This document shows positions 1 through 11,190 of a stretch of DNA of 64,000 nucleotides, one piece after another. The first letter of the stretch is position 1, and each line of letters starts with the position of its first letter. The translations under genes and the position numbers were made by a program. The stretch is from assembly GCF_018977255.1 (NCBI RefSeq), contig NW_024704743.1:49850001-49914000 (forward strand). Direction: 5' to 3'. Source of the stretch: Callorhinchus milii. Taxonomy: Eukaryota. The notes below the pieces were generated by a model. The model saw only the letters and a program-made list of their open reading frames with translations. It had not been told where the DNA came from and made no database searches.

Positions 1-501
1 TTGCATTTTATATAGCACCTTATCATGTTGTTGAGAAGTCTTCAAGTGCTTCACAGAATATACTGTAAAGTGAATTAACTTTATATAATAATCCTTGCAT
101 TTGATATATATATATATTGTATACTTTTAATTGGGCGAAACTGGCAGCCAATTGCGCATAGCAATGTCCCACAAACAGTCATGGATTGAGTGACCAAATT
201 ATTATTATTAATTTTTAAAAGAATGAAAGAGCGGGCGTAATGGATTGAACAATCAGCAACAATATTATATTTATATTTAGAACCTTTCACTTCAGGATGA
301 CGTCGCAAAGCGCTTCACTTCTCTTTCTTCACAAGGTTGCAAACTTTCCTCTTTGTCATTGTCAGAGTATCATTGTGGGGGTGCATTAGACGTCATTAGA
401 TGTAGATATTTGCATAGTTAGGCTGAACTGCATTGCTAATTAGTAGGCCTATGACAAGAGAGGTTCCTTGGAAATGTCAACGAACATCACTGGATCCCAT
501 T

Positions 502-583
502 TCTATCGATCAACAGTATAGACGTTATGCATTTCTTCCCAACTGGGCGGAAATACATAATGTCTATACTGTTGATCGATAGA
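502..583. repeat. Near-perfect palindrome (34-bp arms, 14-nt spacer)
   Basis: tctatcgatcaacagtatagacgttatgcatttc and gaaatacataatgtctatactgttgatcgataga are complementary at 32 of 34 positions. Confidence 0.9.
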
Positions 584-597
584 CGAAGGGGATGCGA

Positions 598-842
598 GAC
601 CTGAAATTTCACCAAGTATTTGTCTGTTAGACTATTTTGCCCGAATAGTTTATATAATGCAAAATTGTGGAAAATTCTTAAATTAAGTTGTTAAGTGTTA
701 TTTTGGAAGCGGTTTTCCATAGTTTCTTTAAAAAAACTTCCAAATTAACATTAACTGTAAGAATTTTCCACAATATGCATCATGTTCAATTTTTAGACCA
801 AATGGTCCAACAGGTTAGACTAATTGGAAAATGTCGGCCTTA
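598..842. mobile_element. Decayed palindromic MITE-like element (relatives at ~51290-51505 and ~62665-62800)
   Basis: Inverted arms attgtggaaaattctta / taagaattttccacaat and ttggaag / cttccaa. The gaaaatt.ttaaa...tttggaagc..ttttc core recurs in the other copies. Confidence 0.5.
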
Positions 843-2059
843 GCATCTTGTGGTACTCGCCAATTATATAGTGAACATTCTGCCTTGGGGTTTCAACTCA
901 ATATCCCTTGACTCTTTCAAGGACAATCCTGAGTTTATGTCCTCCCGTTGTTACTAATATTTCAAGCAGCAGGAGTATTTTTGAACTTTCAACACTCTCC
1001 AAACCTGTCAGGATTTCAGAAGTCTCTCAACTAAAAAAAAAGGTCATTCAGTACAGGTGTTTGTGGGTTATTGCTGTGCTCAAATTGGCTTCGCGTTTGC
1101 ACACTAAATACACATAGCCACATCACTTTACATTGCATCCTGTGAGGCGGTTTGAGACATCTTGACAATGTGATGAGGCATTATATCAAATGCAAGGATT
1201 ATTATTATTAATAATATATAGCCTCTCAAAGATTTTACAAGTGACAATTTGATTTGAAGTGACTAAGTAGCAAAGCTCTGAGAATGAGCAACTGAAATGC
1301 AGGCAAAGTCTATTTGAAACTTGTATTTCAGTTGGAATGGATGTCTATGTTAATTATATTTTGACTGCTTAAATATGCATGGTTACTGTTTATTTTGTTG
1401 TATTTTTATGAACCTTGAATAGCAGTATTTTGTGTAACAAGTACAGGTAGTTTGCCTCCAATATAAACTGGCACTATTCTTCACAGTAAATTCTTGTAAA
1501 TTGGTTTGACACATTTCTCTGACGTGATAAGATGCTGTATCAAATGCAAGGATTATTATTATGATTATTATAAAGGAGTTTTCTTTCTTCTTTATTTCCA
1601 TAATCTTCTGTGCAATAAGTTATAAGATAAAATTGTCCTAGAGACAAAGAGTGGTTGCAATTTCAAAATATTCCACAGTATGTAGAAAATATATTTAAAA
1701 AATGTTGATAGTGGTGATGTTCTGACAAGATTTCAGTCTTTGCTCATTATTTCTATGGTGATGAGACATGGAAAATATTCAAACCTTGGCTAAAAGGCCA
1801 AACCTTAGTTTTAAGTAAGGTGTAATAAAGAGGAAGCAATGAATAAGAACATGCAATGGCAGAAGAGATATGGATTGTCAGGTTGGGGAATGCAATATGA
1901 GTTGAGAAGAAGCTTGTAGGCATTAGGACACATAAGAACATAAAAATATAAGAAATGTTAGGTGAAAAAAAGACCAAGGTCCATCTAATTCGCCTTCCAC
2001 CTTCCTGGCGGTCACATGCACATATGTCCCAAACTACCTATGTACTATATTATAATTAT

Positions 2060-2725
2060 TATCCTTCCTCCCCCAGATCCGGTCCCTCACCAGCACCGCT
2101 TTCTTCCACCCCGACGCATCGCCCGTCTCTGCCAATACCTCTTCCCAAAAGCCGCTGAAACTCTGGTCCATGCCTTTGTCACCTCCCGGCTGGACTATTC
2201 TAATGCTCTCCTCGCCGGTCTCCCCTCCACTACCATCCATAAAATCCAACTCATTCAGAACTTTGCTGCCCGCATTCTCACCCGCATGAAACTCCGCTCC
2301 ACGATCATCCCAGTCCTTGCCAGACTGCACTGGCTGCCTGTCCCAGAGAGGATCGATTTCAAGATCCTCAACCTTATATTCAAATCCCTGCATTCCTCTG
2401 CACCCCCCTACCTCTCTGATCTCCTCTCTCCTCAGCATAGCACTCATTGCCTTTGTTCCTCCGGGTCTGGCCTCCTCCCCAAGGACTCCGCTCCACCCTC
2501 GACGGCCGTGCCTTCAGCCACTATGCCCCTAGGCTCTGGAACTCCCTTCCTCACTCCCTTGGCCTCGCTCCCTCCCTTCCCATTTTCAGGTCTCGGCTGA
2601 AGACCTTTCTTTTCGACCGCGCCTTTGGTCACCTTCACCCCCCTCCCCCTGGCTCGGTCCCGAGATCCGTTACTGTAAAGTGCTCTGAGTGTGGAGGGCG
2701 CTACATAAATCCAAGTTGTTGTTAT
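2060..2725 (+). mobile_element. Young 5'-truncated L2 3' fragment inserted in a CR1 3' end
   Basis: ORF 2016-2600 contains LVHAFVTSRLDYSNALLAGLP...LHWLPVPERIDFKIL. Closely similar to 45604-46290. Ends in a (GTT)n tail. Confidence 0.9.
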
Positions 2726-3197
2726 TATATCCCATAATGTTATTTCCTAAAAGAAAACAATCTAATCTGTAGTTGAAGGAATCAACATTTCCTGCTTCAA
2801 CCGTCTCCCTAGGGAGCCTGTTCATAGGAACATAGGAACGTATGATCCGTTCTTTCCTAGTTGGTAATATTATGTGAATGTATCTCTTTAGCAAAAATGA
2901 GTTAATGGGGTAAACTATGGCACTATGCAACCATTTTCATTTTAAAAGCATGTCTGTGAACCCAAGGACTGATGCATGAACATGAACAAATCAGAAAGTT
3001 GAGAATGGAATTATCAATTCACACTAGCCAATATAGGAAGGAATTCAGCAACATTTTATAACAGATTTGAGGGCTAAAATTTCACGTAACTTTAGACTGT
3101 TAAGACCATCTTGTCACACACAAAATACACACTATCACAGTTTTACAGTTCATCCTGTGAAGCACTTTGAGACGTCTCGATGTTATAAGGTATTATA

Positions 3198-3522
3198 GAG
3201 TCCTGTAGCTCAGTGGTTAGAGCACTTGCTTTGCAAGCGAGAGACCTGAGTTCATTTCCAGGCAGGGCGTAACCTTGGGCAAGTTTCCTTACTCCACACA
3301 CCTAATAATAATCCCTCCAAAAAAACAAAAAACAATAATAAATTGGTCATTTTCAATCTACGACTGTTTGTGGGACATTGCTGTGCGCAATTGGCTGCCG
3401 CGTTCACCCACAAATATACAGTCAATTCACTCTACAGTGTGTTCTGTGAAGCGCTTTGGGACGTCCTCCCGAAGTGAAAAGCGCGATATCAAATGCAAGG
3501 ATTATTATTATTATTATTATTA
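3198..3522 (+). mobile_element. tRNA-headed SINE, full length, short subfamily
   Basis: A box TAGCTCAGTGG, B-box-like GAGTTCATTTCC, Deu-like body (tttgtgggacattgctgtgcgcaattggctgcc), L2-like 3' end, (TTA)n tail. Confidence 0.9.
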
Positions 3523-4680
3523 CATATGCAAAGAATAATTGTTTTATTTTTATTATATTTTTATTCTTGAAATATAATTCTTAAATTCAGTCGTAATTTA
3601 GATAACAGTTATTTTTAAGAACTAAGGAAAACTAGCTTCCAAATTAAGACTGAATTTAAAAACAAATCATTTTGATTGGCGTCCTTCTGGTTATCAGAAG
3701 TTAATATTTGTGACTGGGAGGCATTATTAATGACTCCAGTTATGAATCTCCGCAATTTAGATACCTCGATTTTTATATGTACTTGTAACTTTCAACCCTA
3801 TTCCTCAACAGATATTCATCCTTTTTCTAAAAGATGCTGATTGATAGAGTTAAGTGTTTGGAACTCATTGTTTATTTTACATAACCTATGATCTATGAGG
3901 AAAAATCTTTTTAAATCTCACCTTGTTTATATGTTATTCATGCTTTCATCCATTATGATACACTGTCAACACATTTTCTAAAACCCTGTCTTTGAAGCGT
4001 GCTTCAAAGAAATCATAGCTTTTGATATAATTTATAATTTTTGAGACAGTCTGTGCCTTGACAAGGTTGATCAGTTAGTTATGTTTATGGTGCACTTAAA
4101 GAATGAATTTATTCTGAAAGGCTTTTGGTCTAAAGAATACTTCTCTTAAAAAAAAATTCAGGAGATAAATATCCAAGCTTGGGTAGGTGAACTGCCCTAT
4201 TTCTTTTTTCTGAAGCATAAAGTTATCTCTCTACAGCTAGAAATGACTGTGCCTCCACCTTACAGTTTAGATGCTGATTTATTTTTGTCTTGAGGCACTG
4301 AAAAGGTGCAGGATAAACTTGAGGTAGAAAAATACAGGAGGGAGTACAGAATAAGTCAATGAGGTGGTGCCACTACAGTTTTAAAAGTCTGCAAATTGTA
4401 GGAGAGAAGGAGTGAGTGAGGTAAGAAGTTCTGCAGGCTTAAGGTGCTGGGAAAGAATGGGTTAGATTAGGAGATGGACAGTAAAATGAGTCTTTATCTC
4501 TATTTGATAATGATGAAGTGGAGGAGAATGTCGGGAGGTGTATGTGGAGCTTGGGAGGAGCAAGAGAAGAACGTATTCTTATGAATTGATGCTCCACAAA
4601 TGCTGGACACTTCAGACACTTCCTGCACCTTGTTTTTCTCAGGTTTCCTGTATTGATGTGTCTCACTCCTTCATCTGACT

Positions 4681-5033
4681 ATAATAATAATAATCCTTGC
4701 AATGGATATAGCACCTTATCACCTCATTGAGTCATTTCAAAGTGCTACACAGAATATATTGTAAAGTGGATTGCCTGTATATTTTATGGGCGAAATGAGG
4801 CAGACAAGTGTCCCACAAACAGTTGTAGACTGAGTGACCACATTTTTTTCAGGGATTATTACCCCTGGAAAGCGATCTGCCAATCGACTAACAACCAAGT
4901 TTCCACTTACTGCTGGGTAAGCAGAGGCGTGTGGAGTAAGGAAACTTGTCTAAGGATTCGCCCTGACTGGGAATCAAACCCAAGTCCTTTCGCTTGCAAG
5001 GCAAATTCTCTAACCACTGAGCTACAGGACTCC
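4681..5033 (-). mobile_element. Same SINE, long subfamily
   Basis: Head at 5033. Extra block ctctgcttacccagcagtaagtggaaacttggttgttagtcgattggcagatcgc. (TTA)n tail at 4681. Confidence 0.85.
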
Positions 5034-6079
5034 ACACAGCGACTATAGTAATATGCAGAACTCTGTTACATGTACAATTCTGTATAACTACTGAAACCTT
5101 CATATCTCAAGTCGCTTATTCAACTCCCTACTCAACACTCACCATCCAACAGATGAGATGGTCGTCGCTCTTTGTGAGATTTTGCTATTCATATAAAAGC
5201 TGCCATGTTTGTCTACAAAATCAGTCACAACCACTGATGTGAATTACCTGTGAAGCATTTGGAGATGATTCAATTCGATAAGGTCAAATACAAGTCCCTC
5301 CATCCTTCCTTGGTAACTAAATTTTCACTAGATCAAATTGCTGAAAATATTCACATACAAGCTCTCTAGAGGAAATGATTATTAATTGCTGTGTAGCATT
5401 AGGAAAGTCTTCAAGCTGGAGCCCAAGAATTACAGAGACACAATGCTAGTTGAACCTTTCTCTCACATTGAAGAGCATAATAAGAGCAGCATCCTCTCAA
5501 AGATAATTAAGGGGCAGTTTTGATATTTAAAAGATATTTCTGTACAAGATACAAATGGTAATGATAGTATGATTTTATTATTTATTTCTGACAGGACATC
5601 TGCAGTAAAATGGTCATATCTTGTTATCATTTCTCAGCATTGTGCATTACTAGGGGAAGTAATTAAAGGCTAGGTCATGAAATCTAATTTCGGGATGTGC
5701 TTTGGTACAAATCTAGCTATACCTTGAAGCAATATATCACGTAAAATCACAGAGAATGAAATGTGGATGTATTGCAATTCATGCTCACAATGTACACTGT
5801 GGAATAAAATTTGGGATGTTTCACAACATATTCTATGTGCGGAAAAGGGTCAAATGCCATTGTCTCTCTTTAATTCTCAGTCTCTCGTCTTTTCTAGTCC
5901 TGCACATCTAGCAAATTACTTGCAATAGTTTATGACAAATTCCTCGTTATAATTTGGGAACTCGCAATGAAAATTTCACCCCTTTGATCTTGGAAGTAAA
6001 AAGATTTTAAATAAAGGAGGAAAAATTATGTTCACTGCATATTGAGTCTCACTTTCCCTGCAGAATTTCCTTACATTTA

Positions 6080-6345
6080 TAATAATAATAATCCTTGGAT
6101 TTGATATAGTGCTTTTCACATCTTCTAGACGTCTCAAAACCCTTCACAGAATATGCTGTGAAGTGAATTGACTGTATATTTGTGGGCAAAACTGGCAGCC
6201 AATTGTGCATAGCAGTGTCCCACAAACATTCGTGGATAGAAGTGACCAATTTTTTTTTTGTGTGGGATTATTATCAGGCGTGTGGAGTAAGGAAACTTGC
6301 CCAAGGTTTCACCCTGCTGCTCTAACCACTGAGCTACAGGACTCC
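6080..6345 (-). mobile_element. Same SINE with a deletion inside the tRNA head
   Basis: The head ggagtcctgtagctcagtggttagagca joins directly to gcagggtgaaacc; the rest is colinear with the family. Confidence 0.85.
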
Positions 6346-6698
6346 TGAGAACAAAAACAAAATCAAGAAGGACAATTACAATTACAATGCTGTCATTTGC
6401 TTATTTGTCTTTATACTAACGATATTAATAAATGGAATCAGATGAATAGTGTAGGCAATGAGTGGACAAAAGTCTGCAGAAAAGTTGCTTGTGGAAATCT
6501 ATAATGGGTCTCTATGGCCGTTTACATTTGTTTGTAAACGAAAAGAAAAGTGATTTAAACCAACATATAATCAGTAACGCACAAACTCCAACCACGTTCC
6601 ATTTCTATGCGCTGATCTTTACCAGACACTGAGTGTATCAATCAGACTCCACGTCTACAAAGTTCCAAAGCCTTGCAATGATCTTATTTAGTACCCAC

Positions 6699-6860
6699 CT
6701 GCCACACCAGATGTTCTGTTATGACAGTTGTAGTTGACAGGTAGACACTGAGCACTATGGTATGGGAGGACGATGTCAGCACACTGGCAATCACGGCATC
6801 TCGCATACGGAAGGGCAGCATGGTGTAGACCACAAAAATAATGAACAAGAAGAAGGACAC
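6699..6860 (-). CDS. ADCY2: ADCY2 third coding exon (162 nt, 54 aa, M1 transmembrane cluster); absent from the supplied ORF track
   Basis: Acceptor tctgattctctcatttccag|GTG. Translation VSFFLFIIFVVYTMLPFRMRDAVIASVLTSSSHTIVLSVYLSTTTVITEHLVWQ. Donor CAG|GTGGGT, phase 0. The next exon (ILANVIIF...) was not found in 1-6698, so it probably lies left of the window. Confidence 0.95.
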
Positions 6861-7704
6861 CTGGAAATGAGAGAATCAGACATTATTTTTACAGGCAGAA
6901 TAAGAATCGAATTCTCCAGTGTCATTTCTGCCCCAAAGAAAATCAGTCACTAAACACCAAAATGCAGTCATTTATTGCTATCTTGTATTTCTGCACCCAT
7001 ACCTTTAATTTTTTCTTACAATCTGTGTTGGTATTTGCACTATCAACTCACCAGTCGGCTACAGGAATAAAATACGATACATATGCAAACTTAGAATATA
7101 TTGTTTTTTTTAAAAAAAACTTAAATTTGTTTTCTTCTCAAGATGTTGACTTTCCTCTTTGACTGTGCCTATGGTCACCTACCCTATTTCCCCAGCACTG
7201 TGTCAAACTACACCATTGCTAAGAACGGCACTACCCCATTTGTAAATGCTAGTACTTGTTGTTGATTATTGTTGATGATCCAGAAGTTGGGTCATTTTCT
7301 TCGTGTGGGAACCAGCTGGCATGCAGGGAGCGAGATGATCGGCTGTTCACATTTGCAATTAAACTGGCTATTGTATCAGATCTCAATCATAATCGGGTTC
7401 TACTGCACGATGCCTGAAACTATAGATTCAGTGTATGTATACAATTTACATCCGGATAGCGCCTTTCCCATGGACACAGTCACTAGCCTTTGCAGCAAAT
7501 TCTGTGATGTACTTTGTGATACTTCAATGACATGACAAGGCAGTATATCAAATGCAAGGATTATTATTATTTGTTAGAATTATTCGTATTATATAATTTG
7601 CTAATTATTATTAGAAATAAATGTGTTCACCAAAATTGTTAAAGATTATCATTCAGTAAACACAATCATAGGTCTCCTTGCCGTTTCCTTCCTAAATTGA
7701 CATT

Positions 7705-7732
7705 CCATCCATCCATCCATCCATCCATCCAT
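7705..7732. repeat. (CCAT)7 microsatellite
   Basis: Direct reading of the sequence. Confidence 0.95.
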
Positions 7733-10084
7733 ACTAACAACAAATTACATTTATATCGTACCTTTCACTTCGGGAGGACATGCTAAGGCGCTAGACAGTT
7801 AGGCATTTACACTCTAGCTGAGGTGGGTGGGGGGGATTGGAATAAAGAGGGTTGGAGGACAGAGGATGGAGGTGGGATACATCTTTCATATCAGTTAATT
7901 ATAAATATAATTTAATTAATACAGATATGATACATAGTTATTATAGAAATACACTATTCTCACTTGGAATAAAAACATTTTTGCAAATTATGAACATTAC
8001 AGCATTCTGGCACAAAAAAATCACCTTTTTGACCTGAGGTTGCTAAATGGAGTTACAATTCTTTACCTTTCATTCAAGATCTGTTGTACCTGCATGTTTC
8101 CTATGGAGCGATTAAAAGCATGGATGACAATGAGATTTGGGCTCCACGACATGTTTAAAAATCACTCAGACAGTTGTCGTGATGTGGAATGCCCTGCCAA
8201 TTAAGGTGGTAAAGACAGAGTCCATTATGGGTTTCAAGTTGAAAGTAAAGGAAATGAAGGATAGAGGGTTGAAGGGGTATGGGGGATGGGGCAGCAGTAA
8301 GCTTGAATGACCGGCTTGCTCTGGGAACCGTTGCAGATTTGACTGGCCAAATGGCCTTCTTCTGTGCTGTAAATTCCTGGAATAGAAAAGGGTTGTGTCG
8401 CTGGCATGTCTGCTCAATCCACTGCAATCTCCCCGAGTCACAAAGACACAATATATAAAATTGTGAAAATTGAGGAGCAGGAACAAACATTTTACCTGTC
8501 CACGTATACTTTCTGCAATCCTTCTGACCTCTAGTTTATTGATTTCTCGTTTATACATATCACTGTTCTATTTTGTTACAGTGCAGCACCTCCTTTGGTT
8601 TCATATCCCGTTCTTATATTTAGTTACGTTATGTTACACCGTTTTATTTCACTAAATTATCCAGCTAATTATGAACCTTTGTAGTGCTAATAATAAATAC
8701 TTGCATTTTATATAGCGTCTTTCACTTTAGAAAAACATCTCAGAGTAATTTGGATTCATAGAATTTACTGTGAAGTGTAACGACTGAGTATTTTGTGGGC
8801 GAAAGTGGCAACCAATTTACGCACAGCAAAGTGAAAGATTGTGGGTTTAGGCAGTAAACTCTCTGACCTGTGGGAATAACAACCCACTTCCTGGAAATGA
8901 TTAAAAAACCCAGATTGTGAAAAAATATGTAACTTAGTGTAAATGTAACATTCGTGCGTGGCACTCTTTAAACCTAATTTTTATTCATCCCAAAATGACT
9001 AAAATAAATTGTGATTTTTGCACCGGTACTGCATTTAACAGTCAACTGATATCATCAACATGACCTTTTATTCCATTATCTTTTGAAAGGTAGTTCATTT
9101 CATTATTTCAATAATCAGTGATGAACGACTCATAAATCAATCATAAATGTTTGCCCACAAAATATACAGTCAATTCATTTAACAGTATATTCTGTGAAGT
9201 GCTTTGAGAAGTGATGAGATGCTATATCAAAAGCAAGGATTATTATTATTATAAATGAAATACATGAAGTATTATAGTGCATATATGTGGGATTGTGGCT
9301 TGTTGATTTTAAATGCTGCTGATTTGCTAGCTAGCTAATTTGATAGCTTTTGTTTTTTAAGGATTGTTATATAAGAAAATGATCATTTTCAAATACAGTG
9401 CAACATGAATAAATGCAGTGTATTTGACATTTACATTGGTCTGAAGAGAGGAAATGATCCACTGGTGTTATTGCACTGACAAGTAATCTCTGCGTGGCTC
9501 AATCTCCGGATCACATTTGTCAGGTTGTTTATGTATTCATTGTATTTGGGACAAAAGTTTCCAAATTTAGTTCTCTGAAGAGCTTCAGCCTTCAGAGCTG
9601 ATTTCTTCAGATTCTGCTGCAGAACAACTTCAGACTAAGAAGGGAGTAAATTATAGTTTTTGTTTTTCGTATAAGGAATAACTAGTGAATGTATTTTTAG
9701 TGCTCTTTCGGGGGGAAATTTTAGGCAAATTTCAAAATAAATGCAAACTTGAAACGTCAACTGAATTATTAATGCCACTACATAAAACAACTGAAAGTAG
9801 TTTGGACATACAGCAATTGCTGAGGCTGATACCTGGCTAAAGAACAAGCTCGAGTTGATCACAAAGGAATAAAAACAATAAGAACATAAGAAAAGGCAGG
9901 ATGGGAAAAGGGCATTGAACCCACTGAAGCTCATTACTCTGGTTCATTTAACCCAACCTATTATGTTATCTGATTGCAGGTCCAATATTTTCCCTCACTG
10001 AAACCAGCCATTCAGCTTGTAAAGACTGTCCTGATGACTTTTCCATACGAGCCAACTCTAAGACTATCAAATGCAGGATTATTA

Positions 10085-10360
10085 TTATCACGTCTTCGAG
10101 ACATCTCAAAGCGCTTCACAGAATATACTGTAAAATGAATTGACTGTATATTTTGTGGGCAAAATGCAGAAGCCAATTGCGCACAGCTGTGTCCCACAAA
10201 CAGTCGTGGATTGAGTGACCAATTTTTTCTTTTGAAGGAATTATTACCCCCCGAAAAACGATCCGCCAATCAACTAACAATCGGATTCCTATCTACTGCT
10301 AGGTAAACAGAGGTGTGGGGAGTAAGGAAGCTTGCCCAGTGTTTTGCCCTGCTGGGAATC
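10085..10360 (-). mobile_element. Same SINE, long subfamily, head truncated
   Basis: Colinear with the reverse complement of 24760-25040. Confidence 0.85.
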
Positions 10361-10534
10361 TACTGTAAATACTGTAAACTAGATTGAATGTGTATTTTGT
10401 GGATGAAACGCCAGCTAGTTGTGCACAGCTACACACAAACAGCCGATGAGTAAGTGATCAAATTTATTTGGGAGATTGTTGGCCAGGACACTGGGAGACA
10501 TTCCCTTCTCTTTGCGAATAGTGCCAAGGTATCG

Positions 10535-11190
10535 TCCACTGTCCAGGACCCCAAACACTGCTTCCGGATGAAACAGTGATTTACATGTGCTTCCGTCAAC
10601 CTAATATATTGTATTTGCTGCTCAAATGTGGTCTCTACATCGGGGAGACCAAACGCAGATTGGTTGATTGCTTTGCTTTGTCCACAATTGCGACCCTGAG
10701 CTTCCAGTCACTTGCCAATTTAATTCTCCTTCCCACTCCCACCTGATCTCTCGGTCCATGGCTTCCTATGCTGTTCGACTGAAGCACAAAGTAAACTTGA
10801 GGAACCAGCACTTTATCTATGTCCTACGCACCTTACAGCCCTCAACATTGATTTTAACCACTTCAGACATTAAACACAGCTCCCATCTTCTCTCAGCCTT
10901 TCCTCCCCTTTCCCTTCTTCTATAACCATTCACACATACTCTGAGTCTCAGACACATCTTTTCTTTCTATAATCTCCCACTATTGCCCTTTGCTTTGCAC
11001 CGTTAGCACCTCTGATCTCATCTCCTCCCCTTAAATTTTCCTTTGTCTTTCTTTCCCCGCTGCCTTCTCTGCTTGTCCTTATAATCTATTCCCTTCCAAC
11101 ATCCACCAGTTCTGACGAAAAATCATTGAGCTAAAATGTTAACTCACTTTGCTCTCTCCATAGATGCTGTCTGATCCGCTGAGTGTTCCC
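10535..11190 (+). mobile_element. Penelope-like GIY-YIG/terminal fragment nested in an old Deu-type SINE
   Basis: TCASVNLIYCICCSNVV...YIGETKRRL remnant. Similar to 57630-58390 and 61070-61715. Confidence 0.8.

Noticed and set aside
3275..3538. Recurrent near-identical ORFs (MGKFPYST...KCKDYYYY at 3275 and 28731; related at 39711 and 62386) as a small gene family
   Set aside because: They are chance frames through copies of the same non-coding SINE; the poly-Tyr/Ile ends come from the (TTA)n tail.
6762..6953. Plus-strand ORFs over the ADCY2 exons (also 41319-41682)
   Set aside because: Antisense shadows of the real minus-strand exons.
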